A program made the translations under genes and the position numbers. A stretch of DNA of 41,849 bases from an uncultured Thomasclavelia sp. (GTDB lineage Bacteria > Bacillota_I > Bacilli_A > Erysipelotrichales > Erysipelotrichaceae), in the NCBI GenBank assembly GCA_964639815.1, contig CAZXIB010000001.1, positions 1-41,849 on the forward strand. Reading direction: 5' to 3'. Within the stretch, counting starts at the first letter, position 1; each line of letters begins with the position of its first letter. Under the pieces are notes generated by a model. The model was not told the origin of the DNA. It saw only the letters and a program-made list of their open reading frames with translations, and did not search any database. This document shows positions 26,393-35,326 of the stretch, piece by piece.

Positions 26393-29300
26393 CTAGTCAA
26401 CACTTATAAACTGACCTAGATGAAAGGAGTAGATATAAGACTCGATTTTTTTGTCGTAGGCCTTGTTTAGGACATGGCGATAGATGGTAAGTTGTCTCTT
26501 ATAACGTTTAATAAAGGCTGATGATTCATCTAGATGGTCGCTTTTATAGTCGACAAGGATGACTTTGTCAGGAAGGATGGAAACTAAATCCATAATGCCC
26601 TCACTTGTCGTGTCTTCTTCTCTTAGATAAAAGGGCAATTCACGATGTACTTCGCCTGTTATAATTTCCTGCCACAATGGATCTTCAGCTAGCTTTTCAA
26701 TACTTCTAAGCATTGTGGCCTCGACTTCTTTATCAATGGCTAAGATGTGCTCTTTATCGATATGTTTTAGATCTATCTTCTCTAAGATGTGGTGAACTCT
26801 TGTACCGTAGTCCATTCCTTTATTGGGACTAAGTTCAAGGCGTAGGCCATGGTCACTAGGTCTAATAATCTTCTTTTCTTTGGATTTAGAATACTTGAGC
26901 TCTTGGGTGATTGCATCCTTCTTGTGTTTTATTGGGATTAGAGAACCTGTTATATCGGGATGTTCTATAAAGTCGATGAGTTCACTATCAGCCATTAAGC
27001 TTTGAATAAAAGAGGTGAAGCCCTTGCGCATCTTTAGTAAGTCACGTGGGGCTTTTTCCTTTTTGGGCTCACTTATCGTATCAATGATATAAAGACCCTT
27101 TTTGGCTCTCGTCATAGCGACATATAAAAGACGACAATACTCAGCCAAATCTTCTGCGTCTTCTTTATACTTGATGGCTTTGCGACGCAGTGTTTCTACA
27201 ATTACGCGTCGCTCATCAATCGCCAAACGCAAGCCTAAACCCAAGTCACCATCAGTAATTAGGGCCGATGCCCTATCTTGGGCTCTGTTTTCACTTTGAC
27301 TGTAAAGAAAGACATAATCAAACTCTAGACCCTTAGAGTTGTGTATCGTCATAACCTTAACGACATCAGCATCATCAGAGAGATCAAAGGCGGTAACTTT
27401 CTGCTCACCGGCTTCGGTAATATAAGTATATAAGTCCGTTAGTGATGATATCGCGTAGCCTTCAATACTGGAGATAAGAAGGTCGAGGTTGGCTCGCTCT
27501 TTAGAGTCAAGCTTAGTAATATAGAAGTTACCAATACCCATAAAGTAGTTAAAGAAGCCATAGATGTCATTAGCCTCAAATAGCCTTCGCATCTTCTTCA
27601 CATCTTCTAAGAAGGTTGTATCTTCTAAGATAGTCTTATCCTTGGCGACTTTTACTAGGTCATCATCAGAGTAGTCATATAGACTGCTCAGGATAGCCAT
27701 AAGGGCAATATCGTCTTTATCGTCTAAAAGATAGCTGATATAAGCTTGAAGGACTTCAATTGTATAAGATTTGAAGAGACCTTCTTGTTCTTTCATGTGG
27801 TAGGGTAAATCCATCGCATCAAAGACCTGTTTTAGCGGTAGCTTCTCATTATGGGTCTTGACTAAGACACAGATATCCTTATAGGCGACGCCTTGTTGAT
27901 GGAGGTTTTCTATCTCTTGATACAGTAACCTAGCTTTGGTGAGTCTCTTATCACTTGGGTCTTTTATGTAGTGAAAAAGGACGCGCTTATTATCTGTCTT
28001 TTGACTTTCAAGTGGCGCTATCTGCTTATCTTCGGCGCTAAAAGAATCATTCATAAGTCTTTCAAAGAAGACATTATTGAAGTTTACAAGGAAGTCACTA
28101 GACCGGTAGTTTTCTTGGATGTGGATGACTTCAAAGTCAGCACGTTCCTTTAGACCCTGCATAATCTCTGGTTTAGCAGCACGGAAGCGATAGATGGATT
28201 GCTTGATGTCGCCAACTAAGAATAAATCATCTTTAGCAATAAGCTCAGCGATGGCATATTGGATGGTGCTAGTGTCTTGAAACTCATCAATCATGATTTC
28301 CTTGTAGCGACCTTGTAACTTCTTAGCCAGTTTCTTATCGTCAACTGTCAAGAGCTTATAGGCTAGATGCTCAAAGTCATTGAAGTCGACATAGCCATTT
28401 TCATCTTTATAGCTATCATAAGCTTCAATGAGTTCTATAGTCATGTCGATGATGAGATTGTGATAGGGGATGGCTAAATTTTCAACTTTTAGGGCAAAAG
28501 ATGGGTCTACTAAAGTCTCTGCCAAATCATCAATGATACCTTTAACCTTATCACGTAAGAGTTTGTATTCATCATTTTCTGACTTTCTAGGTATGGTAGT
28601 AATCTCGGTTTCTAGTTTTGAAAGAAGATAGGGATAGTCATCTTCATTTAGCAAATCCTCATAGGCCTTTGCCTTTAGCGCAAATGAATCATAGTCATCT
28701 TCACCCTGTAGCCTTATTAAGTTTGCGATGTCTTTGTAGGTAGAAGCTAGCTCTTTTATATAGTCACGTATTTCTTTTAAGTAGTAGTTCATCACTTCCT
28801 TAGGGAAGTCATTGAATGTAGTATAATGATTCTCTTCTTTTAAGGACTCTAGCCACATTAAGGGCTCTGGTTTATCCATGGCTGTAGCGTAGGTATCAAA
28901 GATGGCCTTTTTGATAGTATCAAAGGCAAATAACTCCTTACTGATGACATCACTAAAGGACTTGAAGGTGGCATCTTCCGCAGACAATCGTCTATCGATA
29001 ATCTCTTGTAGTAATCTATCTTTTACGACCTTGATTGATCCCTCATCGATGATATGTTCTAGTCTATTAGGACTTATATCCAAAAGATGATAATTCTCCT
29101 TAATGAGCTTAAGACAAAAGGCGTGGATGGTAGTAATGGCACTGTCTTCTAGATTGGCTAGCTCATTATCCAGCCTATCGATGATAACGGGGTCATCTGC
29201 GTCTTTTTTAGCCTTAGATAGCGATATACGCAGGCGCTTTTTCATGGTAGCTGCTGCTGCTTCTGTAAAAGTCATGGCGACAATCTCCTTTAAAGATAGG

Positions 29301-29431
29301 CCATCTTCTAGTATGCGTTTAGTTAGTCGCGCTACTAAAACGGTCGTTTTACCAGCTCCGGCTGAGGCAAAGACAAGGGCATTAGACCCTTTGGTATATA
29401 TAGCTTTTCTCTGTGAATCACTGAACGGCAT
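26393..29431 (-). CDS. addA: ATP-dependent helicase/nuclease subunit A (AddA/RexA)
   Basis: UvrD-type motifs FASAGAGKTTVL, MTFTEAAA, IDEFQDTS, VGDIKQSIYRFR and MTIHNSKGLEF. C-terminal RecB-type nuclease motif GIMDLV...VILVDYKSD. Confidence 0.9.
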   Translation of the reverse strand: MPFSDSQRKAIYTKGSNALVFASAGAGKTTVLVARLTKRILEDGLSLKEIVAMTFTEAAAATMKKRLRISLSKAKKDADDPVIIDRLDNELANLEDSAITTIHAFCLKLIKENYHLLDISPNRLEHIIDEGSIKVVKDRLLQEIIDRRLSAEDATFKSFSDVISKELFAFDTIKKAIFDTYATAMDKPEPLMWLESLKEENHYTTFNDFPKEVMNYYLKEIRDYIKELASTYKDIANLIRLQGEDDYDSFALKAKAYEDLLNEDDYPYLLSKLETEITTIPRKSENDEYKLLRDKVKGIIDDLAETLVDPSFALKVENLAIPYHNLIIDMTIELIEAYDSYKDENGYVDFNDFEHLAYKLLTVDDKKLAKKLQGRYKEIMIDEFQDTSTIQYAIAELIAKDDLFLVGDIKQSIYRFRAAKPEIMQGLKERADFEVIHIQENYRSSDFLVNFNNVFFERLMNDSFSAEDKQIAPLESQKTDNKRVLFHYIKDPSDKRLTKARLLYQEIENLHQQGVAYKDICVLVKTHNEKLPLKQVFDAMDLPYHMKEQEGLFKSYTIEVLQAYISYLLDDKDDIALMAILSSLYDYSDDDLVKVAKDKTILEDTTFLEDVKKMRRLFEANDIYGFFNYFMGIGNFYITKLDSKERANLDLLISSIEGYAISSLTDLYTYITEAGEQKVTAFDLSDDADVVKVMTIHNSKGLEFDYVFLYSQSENRAQDRASALITDGDLGLGLRLAIDERRVIVETLRRKAIKYKEDAEDLAEYCRLLYVAMTRAKKGLYIIDTISEPKKEKAPRDLLKMRKGFTSFIQSLMADSELIDFIEHPDITGSLIPIKHKKDAITQELKYSKSKEKKIIRPSDHGLRLELSPNKGMDYGTRVHHILEKIDLKHIDKEHILAIDKEVEATMLRSIEKLAEDPLWQEIITGEVHRELPFYLREEDTTSEGIMDLVSILPDKVILVDYKSDHLDESSAFIKRYKRQLTIYRHVLNKAYDKKIESYIYSFHLGQFISVD

Positions 29432-31883
29432 CTAAAAATTTCCTCATCTCTATTTCTGAGCTTATCTTGCGGTTTTTAGCTTTGATACCATCAAAGTGGC
29501 AGATGGTCTTAAAGCGACAGTACTTACATGCCTCTTCATCAGGACTAAGGTCGATAGTTCCTGCTTTCAGCGCATCATATATCTGCTTATAAAGGTCATC
29601 CATGATGGCGACAAGGTCATCGTAGTTATATGCGGCAGTTTTAATTGTACGCGCTCTACCAAGACTGATGTGTCCGCCATAGTCAAGGCCCTCATCTGGC
29701 AAAAAGACCATACCCTTAAGACGATGCTTATTAATAAATTCATTTTGTACAAACGCTTCTTCATATGGTGTATATTTCAGCCCTTCCCTAAAGCCAAAAG
29801 AATAAGGCTTGTAGTTTATTGGCTTACGGTCAGCGTTGAGATAGAAGAGGCCAGCTAAGTTTTTTCCACTAATACGGCTATACATGATGCCATAGGTAGG
29901 TAGTTGTAATGTCTTACCCGTCTTTATCTTATCGTCACTTAAGCTGTGGTCAGAAGTCTTATAGTCAATGATGCGGAAGTTATCGCCACTTCCATCAATA
30001 CGGTCAATAAAACCACGAATATAAATCTTGCAGTCTTTATCATTGTAGTAATAGGCATCAATCTCGGCCTCGGTAGCTATGGGACTGTAGTCAGTACTGG
30101 CTTCCGCCTCTTTTAAAAAGCGCAGTTCAAGTTTAATCGACTTAGCTATCTTCTCGATAACGGCATCAATCAAAACTTTTTTCTTTGGAAATATATAGTA
30201 GAGTCTGTCCCTATAAGTGTCTAAGACTTCATTGATGGCAGTATCAGCGTTATTAGGATAGTCCTTACCCCCAGCTTTGATTAGCTCTTCAAAAACCTTA
30301 TGGTGGATATCGCCGACTAGTACAGCGTCAATATCAACTTTATGGGCCTCTCTTAGACCTAGACCATAGGTTAAGAAATAACTATAAGGGCAGCCAAGAT
30401 ATGTTTCAAATGATGAGACAGAACCCCTTAAAACATCGTTCTCTTTAAAGAAGATGGAAGAGTCGCTTATTTTACGTTCATACACTGATTTACGCTTAGG
30501 ACTTTGATCATAGAAGGACATGGCTAAAGGAAGGTTATCACGATCGATATCGTATTCAACACCCTTACCATCAAGGGTTGATTGACAGAAGACAAAGGTC
30601 GTGATTTTAGCACAAGAGGTGATATGCTCAAAGTGTTTAACAGCCTTTTGGTAGCGACTTTTTAAGCTGGGGTAGTTTGTATTTTCTAAACCATCTTCAT
30701 CAAGTAGGCCTTTTTTAGCTGATAAGCCAGGGTAGTTATTGATATTGGGGTCAAGGATATAGACATAGGGAGCTCTTGTCTCTTGATTATAAGCGAGGAC
30801 TTTTAGCTCACCTCTACAAGCGACTTTGAGATTTTTTAGTTCTGATATTAAAAAGGTCTTGCCTTCTTCTAAGTGCTCACGATGTCTTTCGATGCATGAC
30901 TTTATCAGATGAGACTCATCGTCATCAGTGACAACCATCTTAAAAGCTAGTTCGAGTAAAGATGCCATGTCCTTACAAGCTTTGATATCTTTTAGTAGTT
31001 CAGCATAAACCGTATGGGCTCTAGCGGCCCGTCTTTCTAAGTAGTAGTAATACTTATCATCTTCGCTAAAACGCTCAAAAGGCTTATCTAAGTCTATGGC
31101 ATTATTTTCAAGATACTCTAAAAGAGCAGCGGTATCTTTTATCGGTAGCAAGCGCAAAGAAACAAGTTTGCGGTAGTTTTCAAGATTTGGTTTTTCATAA
31201 TAATCGATGATGGCTAAGATTTTAGAAGCCTTAGAACTTTTAAAGGATGGGGCTAAGTCTAGGCTTATGTCGTAGCGGGCCATCGTCGTAAATAGTAGAG
31301 CACTGGCCGCATTATCGGCGTAGATTGCACAGTCCTTTAAGTCATAGCCCTTAGTGATGATATCTCTCGCTATCGCATCAGCCCCACACCTGAGGTTGAG
31401 GACATCGAAGCGCTGTTTAGTGTTTTGATGTGTTGGTAGCACATGATACTTAGCTCCTCTTTTTATCAGTTCAGCAATGAAGTCATCCATCATGGGCGAA
31501 AGGTCCGTTCTTACCACATATAAGTCTTCATCCATCGCGTCATAGTTGATGGGACTGAAGGCTGGTGTAGCCTTTAGTATAATCTTATACTCTTCATCGA
31601 TATTGAGATTATCTATATCGATATCGTAAAAGTCACAAAGTTCTCTATCCTTGATGACTCCTTTTATAAAGCTTACATCCTCGATACTGGTAGCTAAGTG
31701 TCTTAACGCTAGCTTTTTATATATCTCATACATTTCATAAATGTCATGATTATTTTCTACTTTTCTAAGCTCTCTTAGATAACTTTGTGGTCTTATTATC
31801 CTGCAGCCAATAAGAACCTCTTTATCCATTAAATCGGCTAGCAAATCTTCTTTTAGATAGTCAGGGCATAGATATGTGCGCAT
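29418..31883 (-). CDS. addB: ATP-dependent helicase/nuclease subunit B (AddB/RexB-type, no N-terminal P-loop)
   Basis: C-terminal nuclease motif GFIDRID...RIIDYKTS and Fe-S cluster cysteines CKYCRFKTIC. 14-nt overlap with the addA start. Start moved to ATG 31883 (MRTYLCPD), 6 nt downstream of a TATAAT. Confidence 0.8.
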   Translation of the reverse strand: MRTYLCPDYLKEDLLADLMDKEVLIGCRIIRPQSYLRELRKVENNHDIYEMYEIYKKLALRHLATSIEDVSFIKGVIKDRELCDFYDIDIDNLNIDEEYKIILKATPAFSPINYDAMDEDLYVVRTDLSPMMDDFIAELIKRGAKYHVLPTHQNTKQRFDVLNLRCGADAIARDIITKGYDLKDCAIYADNAASALLFTTMARYDISLDLAPSFKSSKASKILAIIDYYEKPNLENYRKLVSLRLLPIKDTAALLEYLENNAIDLDKPFERFSEDDKYYYYLERRAARAHTVYAELLKDIKACKDMASLLELAFKMVVTDDDESHLIKSCIERHREHLEEGKTFLISELKNLKVACRGELKVLAYNQETRAPYVYILDPNINNYPGLSAKKGLLDEDGLENTNYPSLKSRYQKAVKHFEHITSCAKITTFVFCQSTLDGKGVEYDIDRDNLPLAMSFYDQSPKRKSVYERKISDSSIFFKENDVLRGSVSSFETYLGCPYSYFLTYGLGLREAHKVDIDAVLVGDIHHKVFEELIKAGGKDYPNNADTAINEVLDTYRDRLYYIFPKKKVLIDAVIEKIAKSIKLELRFLKEAEASTDYSPIATEAEIDAYYYNDKDCKIYIRGFIDRIDGSGDNFRIIDYKTSDHSLSDDKIKTGKTLQLPTYGIMYSRISGKNLAGLFYLNADRKPINYKPYSFGFREGLKYTPYEEAFVQNEFINKHRLKGMVFLPDEGLDYGGHISLGRARTIKTAAYNYDDLVAIMDDLYKQIYDALKAGTIDLSPDEEACKYCRFKTICHFDGIKAKNRKISSEIEMRKFLDAVQ

Positions 31884-31895
31884 GTCTATATTATA
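31881..31895 (-). promoter_or_regulatory. TATAAT-N6-ATG leaderless promoter candidate for addBA
   Basis: On the minus strand, TATAAT is the complement of 31890-31895, the spacer is atagac, and the ATG is the complement of 31881-31883. Confidence 0.45.
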
Positions 31896-31946
31896 AACAA
31901 GGCGAGCATAAGAGATAAACAATTACCAAGGCTGTTATTCTTTCTG

Positions 31947-31975
31947 TTAAGAATAATGGATACCTGTGGTATTAT
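31947..31975 (+). promoter_or_regulatory. Orphan sigma-A-type promoter in the addB/gpmI intergenic region
   Basis: TTAAGA at 31947-31952, a 17-nt spacer, and TGgTATTAT at 31967-31975. No ORF with an SD follows for about 220 nt. Confidence 0.45.
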
Positions 31976-31981
31976 GTTGGT

Positions 31982-32070
31982 GAGCTAACTCGTGAAGGAG
32001 ACAGGCTGGGTTCCCGAATGGGAGTAGGACTAAGTGCCAAGAATTCCTTTGCCCCTGGGGTTAGTTTTTT
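31982..32070 (+). ncRNA. Candidate small structured RNA or cis-regulatory leader (unclassified)
   Basis: Starts about 7 nt after the orphan -10. Locally GC-richer than the surroundings. Closing helix 31982-31991 / 32058-67, inner helix 31992-31999 / 32045-32052, and hairpin 32010-32025 (UCCC-GAAU-GGGA core). Ends in T6 at 32065-32070. Confidence 0.3.
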
Positions 32071-32163
32071 AATTGTCTAGACTCGAGAACCTCTTACCAT
32101 CTTATAAAGATGACTTATCTCTGAGTGATCGCCGGAGAGATTATAAAACATTTCACAAAGACT

Positions 32164-32192
32164 GTGCTAAAATGTCTTAGGAGATAAGGAGG
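32164..32192 (+). promoter_or_regulatory. gpmI proximal promoter and SD
   Basis: Extended -10 TGcTAAAAT at 32164-32172; AAGGAGG at 32186-32192. Confidence 0.45.
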
Positions 32193-32199
32193 AAAACAA

Positions 32200-33771
32200 A
32201 TGAGACCAGTAGTATTAGTCGTTATGGACGGTATTGGCTTCTCTGATAACGAAGACGGTAATGCCGTTAAAAGTGCCTATACACCGACCCTTGACTATCT
32301 GTGGAGCGAATATCCCCACACACTAATCAAAGCAAGCGGTACAGCAGTTGGTCTACCAAGCGATGGTGACATGGGCAACAGTGAAGTAGGTCATAACGCC
32401 ATCGGTTGTGGTCAGATATACTCACAAGGTGCCAAACTCGTCAATGAGTCTATCGCCAGTGGCAGCATCTTCCAGTCTAGTACTTGGAAGGACTTGATAG
32501 AGAAGGCCCAAGGTCATACTCTACACTTTATCGGTCTTTTATCAGATGGTAATGTCCACTCACACATCAATCATCTCAAGGCCATGATAAGTCAAGCTAA
32601 AAAAGAAGGTATCCCTAAGGTCAGAGTTCATGCCCTCTTAGATGGACGTGATGTACCCGAGACTTCTTCACCACAATACGTAAAAGAAATTGAAGACCAC
32701 ATGGCTTCACTCAATGATGGGTCTTTTGATGCCCGTATTGCCTCCGGCGGAGGTCGTATGTATATCACTATGGATCGCTATGAGTCCAACTGGGACATGG
32801 TTAAACGTGGTTGGGATGCTCATGTCTTAGGTATCGGCAGACACTTTAAGAGCGCTTTAGAGGCTATAGAGACTTATAGAGCAGAGCTTGGTGCTAGTGA
32901 CCAAGACTTACACGAGTTTGTCATCGTTGATGATAACGATAAGCCAATAGGAACTATTGAAGACCATGATTCTGTCATCTACTTTAACTTCCGTGGCGAC
33001 AGAGCTATTGAGATATCTAAGGCCTTCGACGAAGATGACTTTGATAAGTTCGATAGGGTTAGAAGACCTGATGTCTACTATGCTGGTATGCTGGAGTATG
33101 ATGGCGACTTACACATTCCAAGCCATTATCTAGTTAACCCGCCATCAATAAAAGATACGATGAGTGAGCATCTTGTCAAAGCTGGCATCAAGACCTATGC
33201 AATATCTGAGACCCAGAAGTATGGTCACGTCACTTATTTCTGGAATGGCAATAGGTCGGAAAAGTTCTCTGATGACTTGGAGACTTGGGTGGAAGTCAAG
33301 TCTGACATCATCCCCTTTGAACAAAGACCATGGATGAAGTCGGCTGAGATAACAGACTTACTAGTAGAAGCCATCCTAGAAAACAAGAACCTCTTTTACC
33401 GCATTAACTATCCCAATGGTGATATGGTTGGCCATACTGGCAGTTTCGCTGCTACGCGTATCGGTGTCGAGTCGGTTGATATGTGCTTAAAGCGTCTTAT
33501 GGAAGCTTGTGATAAGGTTGGAGCTATTATGATAGTAACAGCTGACCACGGCAATGCCGATGAGATGTATGAAAAGCGCAAGAGTCCTGATGCACCAATT
33601 AAGCCCAAGACATCCCATACCTTGAATCTCGTTCCATTTATCGTCTATGGTGATAAGGACATCAAGCTAAAGGAAGGTGACTTCGGCTTAAGTAATATAG
33701 CTGCTACGGTATTTGAACTACTCGACCTAGATGCTCCTAGCGTCTGGAATGAGAGTATGTTAGAAGGATAA
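32200..33771 (+). CDS. gpmI: 2,3-bisphosphoglycerate-independent phosphoglycerate mutase
   Basis: VVMDGIGFS, GNSEVGHNAIG (catalytic Ser), DGRD and TADHGNA motifs. AAGGAGG SD 7 nt upstream. Confidence 0.95.
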   Translation: MRPVVLVVMDGIGFSDNEDGNAVKSAYTPTLDYLWSEYPHTLIKASGTAVGLPSDGDMGNSEVGHNAIGCGQIYSQGAKLVNESIASGSIFQSSTWKDLIEKAQGHTLHFIGLLSDGNVHSHINHLKAMISQAKKEGIPKVRVHALLDGRDVPETSSPQYVKEIEDHMASLNDGSFDARIASGGGRMYITMDRYESNWDMVKRGWDAHVLGIGRHFKSALEAIETYRAELGASDQDLHEFVIVDDNDKPIGTIEDHDSVIYFNFRGDRAIEISKAFDEDDFDKFDRVRRPDVYYAGMLEYDGDLHIPSHYLVNPPSIKDTMSEHLVKAGIKTYAISETQKYGHVTYFWNGNRSEKFSDDLETWVEVKSDIIPFEQRPWMKSAEITDLLVEAILENKNLFYRINYPNGDMVGHTGSFAATRIGVESVDMCLKRLMEACDKVGAIMIVTADHGNADEMYEKRKSPDAPIKPKTSHTLNLVPFIVYGDKDIKLKEGDFGLSNIAATVFELLDLDAPSVWNESMLEG

Positions 33772-33787
33772 GAAGAAATAAAACTTA

Positions 33788-33812
33788 GAGGGTGCGATCT
33801 GGCACCTTTTCT
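33788..33812 (+). terminator. Intrinsic terminator after gpmI
   Basis: GGTGC-gatctg-GCACC stem (33791-33806) followed by TTTTCT. Confidence 0.55.
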
Positions 33813-33879
33813 AGTACATTCATACCGTTAGGAAATACAACAAATCATTGGGGTTATAGGGACTTTCTTGTTTTCACAC

Positions 33880-33893
33880 AGAGCTTATTGTCT
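33880..33893. repeat. Left copy of the 13/14 inverted repeat flanking the GC-rich island
   Basis: AGAGCTTATTGTCT here; the reverse complement of 37163-37176 is AGAGCTTATTATCT. Confidence 0.4.
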
Positions 33894-33911
33894 CCCATAA
33901 ATAAGGGGGGT

Positions 33912-35126
33912 TCAATCCTGAAGTAAGCGAACCATTTGGCAGGAGAGCAGAATCTGATGGGCAGTGCTGAGGCTGTCTAAATCTAGCCCGAATAGCTCCC
34001 GGATACGTGCAATACGGTAGTTGACTGTATTGCGGTGGACGTGCAGATAGGCAGCGGTGGATTTGACACTGCGGTTGGCTTTGAGATAGGCCAGCAGGGT
34101 AGTGATATAGTCGGTGTGCTGGGCTGTGTCATACTGATAAATCTCGTAAACCTGATGGCTACAATAGCGAATTAGTTCACTACGGGGAATCTGCTGGAGG
34201 ATATCATAGATCTTGACCTCATCATAAAAGGTGTAGGCGAGGGATTGATCGATGAGGTAGCGGTGGTAGCGGGTGGCGCTGAGTGCCTGATCCCGGTAAG
34301 TGGAAAAGTAATAGAGATCCCCGGTGGCATCACTGATGCCGCAGAGGAGTTTTTGCGAGTGGAGATAATCGTCTAGCTGGCGAAGCATGGTTGATGCCCG
34401 TTCAGGCAGGAAGAGCTGGTCATAGGCTAGGATTATCAGCACCTGATCATTTACCACCATGGTGCTGCCTGGGAGCAGTTCTAGCAGATTCCGCTTGAAG
34501 GTATCTTCGTCGGCGTTATAAGAGAGGAAGTCCCCCAGTTCGATACAAAGCACCCGATACTGGACTGAAGGGTCAAACCCACTCAGGTGCATCTGGTCGA
34601 TGAAATGTCCTCGGTTGACAAAATTGCCGTGGAGCAGTTCTAGTAAGAAGTCCTCGTCTTTAGCCTTGCGCGAGAAATCCTGCCTCTTGAGCTGGACATA
34701 GACCTCTTTAGCGATGAGCTGGGCTACAAAATGGTATTCCTCCTCATCGACCGCATCAAACTGTTCATTCAGCTCGGTGACATTGAGATATCCCAGTAAC
34801 TGGGAATGGATGGTAAGTTTGTAGAATCGTCGCCGTCGGTTATTGATGACTACAGTGATACGCTCATACTTGGTGCCATTGTCCTTGTGTTTGTCCCAGC
34901 CGGCTAGGGTTGCGACAAATTCGAGGGTGATGTATCCGCGCTCCACGGCATGTAGCCAGGTTTCGTCCGGTGGGGTAAGGGAAGCAGAATGGGCAATGAT
35001 ATTGCTGGTGGTGGAGATAACTACTAGTGGACTCCCTAGATAGCGGGCAGCTCGGTCGGTGATTTTATCCAGCTCTTCCTCATCTAGAGTAGCTTGGATT
35101 AGTTCCCATTTGAGCTGTTCGTTCAT
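33912..35126 (-). CDS. PucR/CdaR-family transcriptional regulator
   Basis: C-terminal PucR-type HTH: LLAYLKANRSVKSTAAYLHVHRNTVNYRIARIRELFGLDLD. AAGGAG SD. Visibly higher GC and different codon preference than the flanking genes. Confidence 0.8.
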   Translation of the reverse strand: MNEQLKWELIQATLDEEELDKITDRAARYLGSPLVVISTTSNIIAHSASLTPPDETWLHAVERGYITLEFVATLAGWDKHKDNGTKYERITVVINNRRRRFYKLTIHSQLLGYLNVTELNEQFDAVDEEEYHFVAQLIAKEVYVQLKRQDFSRKAKDEDFLLELLHGNFVNRGHFIDQMHLSGFDPSVQYRVLCIELGDFLSYNADEDTFKRNLLELLPGSTMVVNDQVLIILAYDQLFLPERASTMLRQLDDYLHSQKLLCGISDATGDLYYFSTYRDQALSATRYHRYLIDQSLAYTFYDEVKIYDILQQIPRSELIRYCSHQVYEIYQYDTAQHTDYITTLLAYLKANRSVKSTAAYLHVHRNTVNYRIARIRELFGLDLDSLSTAHQILLSCQMVRLLQD

Positions 35127-35146
35127 AATAGCGTCTCCTTGTGCTG

Positions 35147-35183
35147 ATAGCCTAAAAACAGCTTCGCTTTTTAGGCTATAATA
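35147..35183. promoter_or_regulatory. 12-bp perfect inverted repeat overlapping back-to-back -10 boxes between the PucR-type regulator and SDR genes
   Basis: ATAGCCTAAAAA (35147-35158), a 9-nt spacer, then TTTTTAGGCTAT (35168-35179). Plus-strand TATAAT at 35177-35182. Minus-strand TGgTATTAT is the complement of 35178-35186. Confidence 0.5.
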
Positions 35184-35326
35184 CCATATTTTTTTATGGT
35201 CGCAATGCTATAAGATTAGGCAGTGGATGGATTGTTAAATTTTTATCAATCTGTTTCCACCCTATGCCGGCAGGGTGGTGCTTAAAAAATGCTCCTTTCT
35301 AAAAAGGGCAGACAAAGGAGGTATTT

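Noticed and set aside
29103-29435. A 110-aa plus-strand ORF, and other plus-strand ORFs within addA/addB (26823.., 27102.., 27971.., 28902.., 29496..29858).
   Set aside because: They are antisense to addA/addB and have no translation signals. They are shadow frames.
32008-32026. A GGGTTCCCGAATGGGAG segment that superficially resembles a tRNA T-arm.
   Set aside because: No acceptor, D or anticodon arms can be built around it, so it is not a tRNA.
31990-32060. Possible yybP-ykoY (Mn) or ZTP riboswitch, based on the short matches GGGAGUAG, CAAGA..CCUUU, CGUGA and CCUGGG.
   Set aside because: The order and spacing of the matches do not fit either consensus architecture, and the element is too short. 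gpmI is also not a known target of either class. I kept it only as an unclassified candidate RNA.
32018-32080. A 20-codon ORF (MGVGLSAKNSFAPGVSFLIV) inside the candidate RNA.
   Set aside because: The nearest SD-like AAGGAG is 17 nt upstream, which is too far. There is no other support for translation.
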